From: an uncultured Kiritimatiellota bacterium
GTDB lineage: Bacteria; Verrucomicrobiota; Kiritimatiellia; RFP12; DVOR01
Assembly: GCA_944389565.1 (NCBI GenBank)
Contig: CALXMV010000005.1
Span: forward strand, 1,068 to 65,067
DNA: 64,000 nucleotides
Direction of reading: 5' to 3'
Shown here: positions 31,215 to 42,705 of the stretch, piece after piece
How the letters are laid out: each line of letters begins with the position of its first letter
Numbering within the stretch: position 1 is the first letter of the stretch
Notes under the pieces: generated by a model
The model's database searches: none
Told to the model about the DNA's origin: nothing
Seen by the model: the letters and a program-made list of their open reading frames with translations, nothing else
Translations under genes and position numbers: made by a program

Positions 31215-32829
31215 GGGCGCTCTCCTGGCGGTGGGCGAGGGCGGCGGCGAGGAACCCCGCGAAGAGCGGGTGCGGCGCGCGCGGGCGTGACTTGAACTCG
31301 GGGTGGAACTGGCAGCCGATGAAGAAGGGGTGCCCGGGGAGCTCGACGACCTCCGCCAGGCCGGTCCCGGGGTTCGTCCCCACCACGCGCAGCCCCGCGC
31401 CGCGCTCGAGGGCGTCGCGGAAGGCGGGGTTGAGCTCGTAGCGGTGGCGGTGGCGCTCGGAGACGCGCGTGGCGCCGTAGAGCGCGGCGGCGCGGGAGCC
31501 CGGCGCGAGGTCGCAGGCGTAGGCGCCCAGGCGCATGGTGCCGCCGAGGCCGCGGACGGCCTTCTGGCTCTCCATGAGGGCGATGACGGGGTGCGCGGTG
31601 TCGGGGGCGAACTCGGCGCTGTCGGCGTCGGCCCAGCCCAGGAGGTCGCGGGCGCAGGCGATGACGGCGCACTGCATTCCCAGGCAGATGCCCAGGAAGG
31701 GCGTGCCCGTGGCGCGGGCGTGGGTGACCGCGCGGAACATCCCCGGCAGGCCGCGCCGCCCGAAGCCGCCGGGTACGAGGATGCCGTCGGCCCGGGCGAG
31801 GCGCGCGGCGGGGTCGCTGGCCTCGAGCTCCTCGGCCTCCACGCGGAGGACCTCGAGTTTGGCGCCGTGGGCCATCGCGGCGTGGGCGAGGGCCTCGTAG
31901 ATGCTCTTGTAGGCGTCCTGGTGGCGGATGTACTTGCCGACGACGGCGACGGTGACGGGGCGCGTGGGGCGGAGCGCGCGGGCCAGCCAGGCGCGGTAGT
32001 CGCGCAGGTCCAGCGGGCGCGGCTCCAGGCGCAGGGCGCGAAGGGTCTCCGCGTCGAACCCCTTCTGCGCGAGTTTGATGGGCACCTCGTAGATGGCGTG
32101 GCGGACGTCGCGCTCCTCGATGACGCACCGCTCGGGGACGTTGCAGAAGGTCGCGAGTTTGCGCAGGTGCTCGGGCTCCAGCCGGCGCTCGGCGCGGCAG
32201 ACGAGGAGGTCGGGCTGGATGCCGATGGCGCGCAGGACGCCGACGGATTGTTGCGAGGGCTTGGTCTTGAGCTCCCCGGCGGCCCTGAGGTAGGGCACGT
32301 AGGTGAGGTGGATGAAGGCGACGTCGCCGGGCTCGGCGGCCATGCGGAACTGCCGCGCGGCCTCGAGGAAGGGCAGGCTCTCGATGTCGCCGGCGGTGCC
32401 GCCGATCTCGGTGATGGCGATGTCCGTGTCGGGCCCGTGGAGGGCGCGCATGGCGCGCTGGATCTCGTCGGTGACGTGGGGGACGACCTGGACGGTCGCG
32501 CCCAGGTAGCCGCCCTGGCGCTCGCGGGCGATCACCGCGCCGTAGATCTTCCCGCTGGTGTAGTTGGAGGCCTGGGTGCAGGTGACGCCGGCGATGCGCT
32601 CGTAGTGGCCCAGGTCGAGGTCGGTCTCCGCGCCGTCGTCGGTGACGAAGACCTCGCCGTGCTGGTAGGGGCTCATCGTGCCGGGGTCGACGTTGAGGTA
32701 CGGGTCGAGTTTCTGCATGGCCACGCGGTAGCCGCGGCGGCGCAGGAGGAAGGCGAGGGCGGCGGCGGTGACGCCCTTGCCGAGGCTGCTGACCACGCCG
32801 CCGGTGACGAAGAGGTGCTTGGTGCTCAT
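31207..32829 (-). CDS. pyrG: CTP synthase
   Basis: ATG 32829 in ORF 31207..33921 gives [25 protein letters not shown]. GATase motif GICLGMQ. Confidence 0.97.
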
Positions 32830-33950
32830 TGGCGGGCCTCCATGAGGGAGACGAAGGAACGGAAGAGCCGCCCGGTCTCGCGCGGGCCGGGGGCGGCCTC
32901 GGGGTGGAACTGCACGGAGAAGGCGGGGAGCGCGCGGTGGCGGACGCCCTCGCAGGTGCCGTCGTTGAGGTTCGCGTGGGTCTGCTCCAGGCAGTCGGGC
33001 AGGGCCGTGAGGGCGTAGTTGTGGTTCTGGCTGGTGATGGCGACCGAGCCGTCGAGGAGGTCCTTCACGGGGTGGTTGCAGCCGTGGTGGCCGAAGGGCA
33101 GACGGCCGCACCGCGCCCCGCAGGCCAGCCCGAGCAGCTGGTGCCCCAGGCAGACGCCCATCAGCGGCACCCGCGCGGCGAGCAGGGCGCGCGCGGTCTC
33201 CCGCGCGTAGGGCAGGGCGGCGGGGTCGGCCGGGCCGTTGGAGAGGAGCACGCCGTCGGGCCGGCGGGCGAGGGCCTCCGCCGCGGGCGTCCGCGCGGGC
33301 ACCACCTCCACGCGGCACCCCGCGGCGGCCAGCCCCCGCAGGATGCCGCGCTTCACGCCGAAGTCGTAGACCACCACGCGCCAACGCCCCTCCGCGTGCC
33401 ACACGTACGGCTCGGGCGCGGAGACGCGGGAGGCGTAGTCCTGCCCGTCGAGCCCCTCCCAGGCCTGCGCGCGGGCGACGGCCTCCGCCTCGGCGAGCGG
33501 CTCGTCCGAGACGTGGAGGTAGGCGCGTTGCGCCCCGTGGTCGCGCAGGTGGAGCGTGAGGGCGCGGGTGTCCACGCCGTAGATCCCCGGCCTGCCGTGG
33601 CGGGCGAGGTAGGCCTCCAGGCTCTCCGTGGCGCGGTGGTTGCTCGGCGGGTTCGCGCGGCGCACCACCAGCCCGCTCAGGAAGAGCCCGCGGCTCTCGG
33701 CGTCCTCGGGGTTGCACCCGTAATTCCCCACCTCCGGCGTGGTGAGGACGACGAACTGCCCGGCGTAGGAGGGGTCGGTGAGGATCTCCTGGTAGCCGCT
33801 CATGCCGGTGTTGAAGACGGCCTCGCCCAGCGCGTCTTGGCGCGCGCCGAAGGCGACGCCGCGGAAGACGGCCCCGTCGGCGAGGGCGAGGAAGGCGGCC
33901 TGGGCGCGCTCGGCGGCCCACTTGGCGCGGAAATCAATAGGCGCGTTCAT
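32826..33950 (-). CDS. carA: Carbamoyl-phosphate synthase small (glutaminase) subunit
   Basis: 374 aa, containing FNTGMSGYQEILTDPSYAGQ, GVCLGHQLL and a HPE catalytic context. Confidence 0.96.
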   Translation of the reverse strand: MNAPIDFRAKWAAERAQAAFLALADGAVFRGVAFGARQDALGEAVFNTGMSGYQEILTDPSYAGQFVVLTTPEVGNYGCNPEDAESRGLFLSGLVVRRANPPSNHRATESLEAYLARHGRPGIYGVDTRALTLHLRDHGAQRAYLHVSDEPLAEAEAVARAQAWEGLDGQDYASRVSAPEPYVWHAEGRWRVVVYDFGVKRGILRGLAAAGCRVEVVPARTPAAEALARRPDGVLLSNGPADPAALPYARETARALLAARVPLMGVCLGHQLLGLACGARCGRLPFGHHGCNHPVKDLLDGSVAITSQNHNYALTALPDCLEQTHANLNDGTCEGVRHRALPAFSVQFHPEAAPGPRETGRLFRSFVSLMEARQ

Positions 33951-35643
33951 GGCGATGCTCCAGATGGTTGACGAGGGCGCGGTTGGCCACGCGGTTGCCG
34001 CCGGGGGTGGGGTAGTCGCCCGTGAAGTACCAGTCGCCCGCGTGGCGGGGGCAGCAGCGGCGCAGGTCGGCCACCGTCTGGAAGACGACCCGCAGCCCCG
34101 CGCGCATCCCCTCGGGCCGCAGGCGGCGTGCGATGGCCTCGGCGAGCGCCGCCCGCGGCACCTCGGCGTAGAGCGCGCGCAGGACGTTCGTCTGCGCCTC
34201 GGCGGGGCGCGTCAACTGGGTCTTGGCCTCGGCGTGGGCCGTGCGCAGGAGTCCCTCGCGGCCGCTCTCGCGCAGGAGATCCTCCAACGCGTTGAAGGCG
34301 ACGAGCTCGTCGAGCGTGGCCATGTCGATGCCGTAACAGTCGGGGTAGAGGACGGGCGGGGCGCTGGAGGCCACGACGATCTCCCTGGGGCTGAGGCGGT
34401 CGAGGATGGGCAGGATGGCCGCGCGCATCGTGTTGCCGCGCACGATGGAGTCGTCGAGCACCACGAGCGTGTCGCCGGGGCGCACCAGACCGTAGGTGAC
34501 GTCGTAGACGTGCATGGCCAGGTCCTTGCGGGCGGCCTCGTCGGCGATGAAGGTGCGGAACTTCGCGTCCTTCACCGCCACCTGCCCGAAGCGCACCGTG
34601 CGCCCCTCGGCGGCGGCCACCCCCATCAGCGTCTCCAGCAGGCCATGGAAGCAGACCTGCGCGGAGTTGGGGATGTAGCTGAGGAAGAGGCGCCCCAGGT
34701 CGCCCCCCACGGCGCGGAGGATCTGCGGGGCCAGGGCGTGGCCCAGCCGCTTGCGCTCGGCGTGGATCTCCGCGTCGTTGGCGCGGGAGAAATAGACGCG
34801 CTCGAAGACGCACGCGCGGCGCGGCGCGGGGTCGAGGCACGGCTCCAGGGCCGCCGAGCCGTCGGGGCGGATGATGAGCGCCTGCCCCGGCGGCACCTCG
34901 CGCACGGCCTCGGTGGGCACGTCGAAGGCCGCCTGGATGGCGGGCCGCTCGGAGGCCACGGCCACCGCCTCGGGCCCCTCCCACCAGAAGGCCGGGCGGA
35001 TGCCGTGGGCGTCGCGCAGGGCGAAGGCCGTGCCGTCGCCGAGCGCCCCGCAGAGCACGAAGGCGCCGTCGAAGCGCGAGGCCGCCTCGCGCAGGACGTG
35101 CGCCAGCCCGCGGAACCCTTCGGGGCGGGCGCGTTCGCGCTCCAGCGCGTGCGCCAGGCACTGCAGGATGACCGCGCCGTCGGCCAGGCTGGGCAGGTGG
35201 TGGCCGGTGGCGGCCAGCCCCGCGGCCAGGTCGCGCGTGTCGGTGAGGTTGAAGTTCCCCGCCAGCAGGAGCAGGCGGTCCAGGAAGGCGCTGTCGCGCA
35301 CGAAGGGATGGCAGGCGGCGAGGTCGTGCCGGCCGAAGGTGGCGTAGCGCAGGTGGCCGAGGAAGAGCTCGCCGCGGAAGGCCTCGGGATCCTCGGCGCG
35401 CCGCCGCCCGCACCGCGCCACGAGGTCGGCCAGGGGCAGGGGCGCGGCGGACTTTTCCAGGTCGTAGCAGGGGCGGCCCTGCGGCGGGTTGAGATGGAGG
35501 CAGGCGAGCCCCGCGCCGTCCTGTCCGCGGTTGTGCTGCTTCTCGAGCATCAGCGCGGCCTTCTGGAAGCCGCGGTCGCGGGCGGCTCCCCCCCGCAGGC
35601 GGAGGAGGGCCACGCCGCATTCGTGCCGGAGGTCGTCGGACAT
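33934..35643 (-). CDS. purF: Amidophosphoribosyltransferase (long form)
   Basis: ATG 35643 in ORF 33934..37899 gives MSDDLRHECGVALL, an N-terminal nucleophile Cys context. PRPP loop LVVLDDSIVRGNT. Confidence 0.88.
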   Translation of the reverse strand: MSDDLRHECGVALLRLRGGAARDRGFQKAALMLEKQHNRGQDGAGLACLHLNPPQGRPCYDLEKSAAPLPLADLVARCGRRRAEDPEAFRGELFLGHLRYATFGRHDLAACHPFVRDSAFLDRLLLLAGNFNLTDTRDLAAGLAATGHHLPSLADGAVILQCLAHALERERARPEGFRGLAHVLREAASRFDGAFVLCGALGDGTAFALRDAHGIRPAFWWEGPEAVAVASERPAIQAAFDVPTEAVREVPPGQALIIRPDGSAALEPCLDPAPRRACVFERVYFSRANDAEIHAERKRLGHALAPQILRAVGGDLGRLFLSYIPNSAQVCFHGLLETLMGVAAAEGRTVRFGQVAVKDAKFRTFIADEAARKDLAMHVYDVTYGLVRPGDTLVVLDDSIVRGNTMRAAILPILDRLSPREIVVASSAPPVLYPDCYGIDMATLDELVAFNALEDLLRESGREGLLRTAHAEAKTQLTRPAEAQTNVLRALYAEVPRAALAEAIARRLRPEGMRAGLRVVFQTVADLRRCCPRHAGDWYFTGDYPTPGGNRVANRALVNHLEHRHERAY

Positions 35644-35654
35644 CGCGGCGCCTC

Positions 35655-37718
<2,064 letters not shown>

Positions 37719-37754
37719 GTCTGCTCCGTGTGTTGGGGGTGGAACGCCACCTTT

Positions 37755-37770
37755 TGCAACTCCCGTGCCA
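37755..37770 (-). promoter_or_regulatory. Sigma-54 promoter TGGCAC-GGGAG-TTGCA for glnN (consensus match)
   Basis: The reverse complement of plus-strand 37755-37770 is TGGCACGGGAGTTGCA. It lies 37 nt upstream of the glnN ATG at 37718, with GGAG as the SD. Confidence 0.6.
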
Positions 37771-37782
37771 AACGGCGGATTT

Positions 37783-37865
37783 CCCCGAACCCTCCCGACT
37801 TTGGCCCCGAACCCTTAAGGGTTTCGGGTCAGACCCCTTAGGGTTTCGCCCCAAACCCTCCCGGC
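37783..37865. repeat. REP-like repeat cluster, locus B
   Basis: CGAACCCTCCCGACTTTGGCCCCGAACCCTTAAGGGTTTCGGGTCAGACCCCTTAGGGTTTCGCCCCAAACCCTCCCGGCT. It directly abuts the upstream side of the glnN sigma-54 promoter. Confidence 0.85.
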
Positions 37866-37883
37866 TGGGGGGCTGGGCCTGCT

Positions 37884-38083
37884 GGGCCCACTGGGACAAC
37901 TAGGCCCACTGGGCCCCGTTCGGGGAGGCGGGGCAGTCTGGGCGTGGGGATGGCGGCCTATCCGGGCGTGGGCCACGCCCGTCGCGCTGTCAGGCGCGCC
38001 CCCCAGTGGGCCCAGATGGCCTAGTCGGCCCAGTGGGCCCAGCCCATCGCACGCCCCGCATGGGGGGCGCCTCCCAGTGGGCA
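37884..38083. repeat. Array of five CCCAGTGGGCCC-type motifs (two inverted, three direct)
   Basis: Motifs at 37884-37895 and 37903-37915 (GGGCCCACTGGG orientation), and at 38002-38015, 38027-38045 and 38073-38083 (CCCAGTGGGCCC orientation). Confidence 0.85.
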
Positions 38084-38249
38084 CATCCCCCCACCACGCC
38101 CTACAGGAATGTAAAATCCCCGAAAATCCTCACAAAAACGTAAATCCCGCCCGCGCCCCGCCGCGCCGTCCGCCATCCGGGCGCGGGGGCGGCCGTGGGC
38201 CTCGCCCCGCGTTTTACGTTTTTTGCCCTCGCCGCGCCCGCGCCCCCGT

Positions 38250-38265
38250 TGGCATGGCGGTTGCA
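38250..38265 (+). promoter_or_regulatory. Sigma-54 promoter TGGCAT-GGCGG-TTGCA for gltB
   Basis: GG at 38251-38252 and GC at 38263-38264, the exact 12-nt register. The predicted TSS near 38276 lies downstream of the ATG at 38272 and upstream of the ATG at 38299. Confidence 0.55.
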
Positions 38266-38298
38266 AGGAGCATGGATACCACACGCAAAGGATTCGCG

Positions 38299-41200
38299 AT
38301 GGACGACACCTACCGACAGGGGCTGCCCCCCCGACAGGGCCTGTATGACCCGCGCTTCGAGCACGACGCCTGCGGCGTGGGCCTGGTGGCCGATCTCAGC
38401 AACCGCCCCAGCCACCGCATCGTCGCCCTCGGGCTCACCGCTCTCCGCCGCCTGGCCCATCGCGGCGCGGCGGGGTGGGATCCCGAGACCGGCGACGGCG
38501 CGGGGCTCCTCGTCGGCCTCCCCGACGCCTTCTTCCGCGCCCGTGTGGGCGGTCTGCCGGAGACCTACGCCGTGGCGATGCTCTTCGGCGGCGAGGGGTG
38601 CGAGGAGGCCTTCGGGGAGATCCTCCGCGCCGAGGGGCTCACGCCGCTCGCCTGGCGCGAGGTGCCCGTGTGCCCGGAGGCCATCGGCCGCTCCGCCCGC
38701 GCGAGCCGCCCGCGCATCCGCCAGCTCTTCGTCGCCCCGCCGGCGGGATGCTTGGGCGACGCGTTGGAACGCCGCCTCTTCGTCGCACGCCGCCGCGCCG
38801 AGAAGGCGTTGGGCGGGGCGCTCCACGTCTGCTCCCTCTCCGCCCGCTCCGTCGTCTACAAGGGCCTCCTCCTGGCCCACCAGCTCCCCGCCTTCTACCC
38901 CGATCTGCGCGCGCCCGACTTCGCCTCCGCCCTGGCCGTGGCCCACCAGCGCTACAGCACCAACACCTTCCCCGCCTGGCACCTCGCCCAACCCTTCCGC
39001 CTCCTGGCGCACAACGGCGAAATCAACACCCTGCGCGGCAACCTCGCCGCCCTCCGCGCCCGCGAGCCCGGCCTTGCCGGCGCCCTCCTCGGCGACGACC
39101 TGCCCAAGGTCCTCCCCCTCGTCCCGCCCGGCCAGTCCGACTCCGCCTGCCTGGACAACCTGCTGGAACTGCTCGTGCGCGCGGGCCGTTCCCTCCCGCA
39201 CGCCATGCTCATGCTCATGCCGCAGGCCTGGGGCCCCACCCACCGCATGGGCAACGACCTGCGCGGCTTCCTCGAATACGAATCCGCCCTCATGGAGCCG
39301 TGGGACGGCCCCGCCGCCGTCGTCTTCTCCGACGGCCTGCGCGCCGGCGCCGCGATCGACCGCAACGGCCTGCGCCCCGCCCGTTACGCCCTCTGCCGCG
39401 ACGGCACCTTCGTCCTCGCCTCCGAGGCCGGCGTCCTCGACCTCCCGCCCGGCGACGTCCTGCGCCGTGGCCGCCTCCGCCCCGGCGAGATGCTCTGGCT
39501 CGACCTCCCCGCCCACCGCCTCCTGGGCGACGCCGAGCTGAAAAACCGCATCGCCCGCCAGCGCCCCTACCGCCGCTGGGCGGAGGAAAACCGCATCGCC
39601 GTCGACGGCCTCTTCATCGAGACCGCGCCCGACCCCGTGCCCGGCGGGCTTGAAAGCCTCCGCCGGCGTTTCGGCTACACCCGCGAGGACGTCGCCCTCA
39701 CCCTCCTGACCATGGCGCGGCAGGGGCGGGAACCCCTCGGCGCGATGGGCGACGACTCCCCCCTCGCCATCCTCTCGGAACGCCCCCGCCCCCTCTTCGA
39801 CTACTTCAGGCAACGCTTCGCCCAGGTCACCAACCCGCCCATCGACCCCATCCGCGAACGCGCCGTGATGAGCCTGATGACCTATGTGGGCAACCGCGCC
39901 GACATCCTCTCCGAGACCCCCGCCCACGCCCGCCTCATCAAAATGCGCCGCCCCATCCTCACCGACGCCGAGGTCACGCGCCTGGGGCGGGTCGCCGCCG
40001 AGGACTTCCGCCCCGCCACCCTCCGCCTCGCCTTCCCCGCCGGCGGCGACGGCGCCGCCCTCGAAGCCGCGCTCGAGGCCCTCGCCGCCCGCGCCGTCGC
40101 CCTGGCCAAGGGCGAGGGCCGCCACATCCTCATCCTCTCCGACCGCGCCTTGGCCGAGGGCGAGGCGCCCATCCCCTCGCTCCTGGCCGTCGCCGCCGTC
40201 AACCGCGCCCTCGTCGAGGCCGGCGTCCGCCCGGGGACCGGCCTCATCGTCCAGACCGGCGAGGTGCGCGAGGTGTCGCACGCCGCGCTCCTCCTGGCCT
40301 ACGGCGCCACCGCCATCCACCCCTGGCTGGCCCTCGCCACGGTGGCCGACCTCGCCGCCCGCGGCCAGACCGCCTCCGACGCCGTGACGGCCACGGGAAA
40401 CCTCATCCGCGCCTTCAGCCAGGGCATCCTCAGGATCATGTCCAAGATGGGCGTCTCCACCCTCCGCTCCTACCGCGCGGCCCAGCTCTTCGAGGCCGTC
40501 GGCCTCGGCGAGGCCTTCGTCGACCGCTGGTTCCCTGGCACGGTCAGCCGCGTGGGCGGCATCGGGCTGGACGCGGTCGCCGCCGAGGCCGGCCGCCGCG
40601 CCGACCCAGGGCCCCCCGCCCCCGAGTGCCACCGCTGGGCGCCCCCGCTCCTCGCCGACCTCCGCCACGCCGTCCGCGAGGGCGACGAGGCGCGTTTCCG
40701 GCGATTCTCCCGCGCCGCCGACGGGCAGACCGGCACCCTCCGCGCCTGCCTCGCCTTCGCCCCCGCCGACCCCATCCCCCTCGCCGAGGTCGAGGACGAG
40801 GAGGCCATCCTCCGCCGTTTCGTCGCCGGCGCCATGAGCCTGGGCTCCCTCAGCCCCGAGGCGCACGAGACCATCGCCCGCGCCTTCAACGCCCTCGGCG
40901 CGATGAGCGATTCCGGCGAGGGCGGCGAGGACCCCGCGCGCGACGGCACCGACCGCGCCAGCGCCATCCGCCAGGTCGCCTCCGGCCGCTTCGGCGTCAC
41001 CGCCTCCTACCTCCGCCACGCCAAGGACCTCCAGATCAAGGTCGCCCAAGGCGCCAAACCCGGCGAGGGCGGCCAGCTCCCCGGCCACAAGGTCGACGCG
41101 ACCGTCGCCCGCCTCCGCCACGCCCGCCCCGGCCTCACCCTCATCTCCCCGCCCCCCCACCACGACGTCTACTCCATCGAGGACTTCGCCCAGCTCATCC

Positions 41201-42639
41201 ACGACCTCCGCGCCGTCAACCCCGCCGCCCGCATCTCCGTGAAACTCGTCTCCGAGAGCGGCGTCGGCACCGTCGCCGCCGGCGTCGCCAAGGCGCTCGC
41301 CGACGTCATCCTCGTCTCCGGGGGCGATGGCGGCACCGGCGCCGCGCACCTCTCCTCCATCCGCCACGCCGGCCTGCCCTGGGAGATTGGCCTGGCCGAG
41401 ACCCACCAGACCCTGACGCTCAACCGTCTGCGCCGCCGCGTGCGCCTCCAGGTCGATGGCGGCCTGCGCACGGGGCGCGACGTCGTCGTCGCCGCGCTCC
41501 TGGGCGCGCAGGAGTTCGGTTTCGGCACCGCGCTCCTCGTCAGCCTCGGGTGCGTGATGTGCCGGCGCTGCCACGCCGGCGCCTGCCCCGCGGGCCTCGC
41601 CACGCAGGATCCCACCTGCCGCGCGCGCTTCGCCGGCGAGGCCGGGCACGTCGCCGCCTACCTCCGCTTCGTCGCCCGCGAGACGCGCGAATGGCTCGCC
41701 GCCCTGGGGCTGCGCTCCCTCGACGAGGCCTGCGGCCGCGCCGACCTCCTGCGCCCCGCCGAGGGGCTCCCGCCCAAGGCCGCGACGCTCGACCTCGCCG
41801 CCCTCCTCCGCCGCGTCGCCCCCGACCCCGACGAACCCGTGCCCGCGAAGGCCCCCGCCGCCGCCTTCGACCGCGACCTCCTCCTCCCCGCGCTCGGCGG
41901 CGCCGAGGCCGTCCGCGCGGGGCGGCCGGGCACGGCGGACCTCCCCGTGCGCAACGTCGACCGCTCCGTCGGCGCGGGCCTCGCGGGCGAGATCGCCGCC
42001 GCCATGGGCGAGGCGGGCTTCCCCGAGGGCACCTTCGCCGTGCGCCTGCGCGGCGTGGCGGGGCAGAGCCTCGGCGCCTTCCTCCCGCGCGGCGTGACGC
42101 TGACGCTGGAGGGCGTGGCCAACGACGCCGTGGGCAAGGGCCTCTCCGGCGGCGTCCTCACCGTGCGCCCGCCCGCCGCCGAGGGGTACGCCCCGGAGGC
42201 GAACGTCGCCGCCGGCAACGTCGTCGGCTACGGCGCCACCTCGGGCCGCATCCACGTCGGCGGGCAGGTGGGCGAGCGCTTCGCCGTCCGGAACTCCGGC
42301 GCCACCCTCACCTGCGAGGGCACGGGCGACTACGGGTGCGAGTACATGACCGGCGGCCGCGTCCTCGTCCTGGGCCGCGTGGGGGACAGCTTCGCCGCGG
42401 GCATGACCGGCGGCCTGGCCTATGTGCTGGACGAGGCGGGCGACCTGGACCTGCGGTGCGCCCTGGACGACGTCGACCTCGAGAACGTCGATCCCGGCAC
42501 CGAGGCCGCCGAGGAGCTCCGCGCCCTCCTCGGGGCCCACGCCGCCGCCACCGCCAGCCCCAAGGCCGGGCGCATCCTCGCCGACCTGCCCGCGTGGCTC
42601 CCGCGCTTCGTCCGCGTCCGCCCCGCGTCCGCCCGCTGA
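38299..42639 (+). CDS. gltB: Glutamate synthase large subunit (GOGAT alpha)
   Basis: ATG 38299 in ORF 38077..42639 gives MDDTYRQGLPPRQGLYDPRFEHDACGVGLVAD, the Ntn amidotransferase Cys. FMN and GXGXG domains follow. Confidence 0.95.
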   Translation: MDDTYRQGLPPRQGLYDPRFEHDACGVGLVADLSNRPSHRIVALGLTALRRLAHRGAAGWDPETGDGAGLLVGLPDAFFRARVGGLPETYAVAMLFGGEGCEEAFGEILRAEGLTPLAWREVPVCPEAIGRSARASRPRIRQLFVAPPAGCLGDALERRLFVARRRAEKALGGALHVCSLSARSVVYKGLLLAHQLPAFYPDLRAPDFASALAVAHQRYSTNTFPAWHLAQPFRLLAHNGEINTLRGNLAALRAREPGLAGALLGDDLPKVLPLVPPGQSDSACLDNLLELLVRAGRSLPHAMLMLMPQAWGPTHRMGNDLRGFLEYESALMEPWDGPAAVVFSDGLRAGAAIDRNGLRPARYALCRDGTFVLASEAGVLDLPPGDVLRRGRLRPGEMLWLDLPAHRLLGDAELKNRIARQRPYRRWAEENRIAVDGLFIETAPDPVPGGLESLRRRFGYTREDVALTLLTMARQGREPLGAMGDDSPLAILSERPRPLFDYFRQRFAQVTNPPIDPIRERAVMSLMTYVGNRADILSETPAHARLIKMRRPILTDAEVTRLGRVAAEDFRPATLRLAFPAGGDGAALEAALEALAARAVALAKGEGRHILILSDRALAEGEAPIPSLLAVAAVNRALVEAGVRPGTGLIVQTGEVREVSHAALLLAYGATAIHPWLALATVADLAARGQTASDAVTATGNLIRAFSQGILRIMSKMGVSTLRSYRAAQLFEAVGLGEAFVDRWFPGTVSRVGGIGLDAVAAEAGRRADPGPPAPECHRWAPPLLADLRHAVREGDEARFRRFSRAADGQTGTLRACLAFAPADPIPLAEVEDEEAILRRFVAGAMSLGSLSPEAHETIARAFNALGAMSDSGEGGEDPARDGTDRASAIRQVASGRFGVTASYLRHAKDLQIKVAQGAKPGEGGQLPGHKVDATVARLRHARPGLTLISPPPHHDVYSIEDFAQLIHDLRAVNPAARISVKLVSESGVGTVAAGVAKALADVILVSGGDGGTGAAHLSSIRHAGLPWEIGLAETHQTLTLNRLRRRVRLQVDGGLRTGRDVVVAALLGAQEFGFGTALLVSLGCVMCRRCHAGACPAGLATQDPTCRARFAGEAGHVAAYLRFVARETREWLAALGLRSLDEACGRADLLRPAEGLPPKAATLDLAALLRRVAPDPDEPVPAKAPAAAFDRDLLLPALGGAEAVRAGRPGTADLPVRNVDRSVGAGLAGEIAAAMGEAGFPEGTFAVRLRGVAGQSLGAFLPRGVTLTLEGVANDAVGKGLSGGVLTVRPPAAEGYAPEANVAAGNVVGYGATSGRIHVGGQVGERFAVRNSGATLTCEGTGDYGCEYMTGGRVLVLGRVGDSFAAGMTGGLAYVLDEAGDLDLRCALDDVDLENVDPGTEAAEELRALLGAHAAATASPKAGRILADLPAWLPRFVRVRPASAR

Positions 42640-42705
42640 GCGGCGCATGGGCCTGTGGGCCGGGGCCGGCGGATATGCTAGAATAACCGTGAAAGGCAGG
42701 TTGGT

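Noticed and set aside
38134-38223. An 11-bp AT-rich inverted repeat AAAAACGTAAA / TTTACGTTTTT flanking a GC-rich 68-nt segment just upstream of the gltB promoter, considered as a long hairpin or terminator.
   Set aside because: The interior does not pair when checked base by base. Only the AT-rich ends are complementary, so a stable structure is doubtful. It might still be a protein-binding or bending site, but I cannot support that.
38272-38298. An earlier gltB start at ATG 38272 (MDTTRKGFA...).
   Set aside because: The AAGGAG ends only 1 nt before this ATG, which is too close. The predicted sigma-54 TSS near 38276 lies downstream of it. The ATG at 38299 has AAAGGA at a 6-nt spacing and gives the usual short leader before the catalytic Cys.
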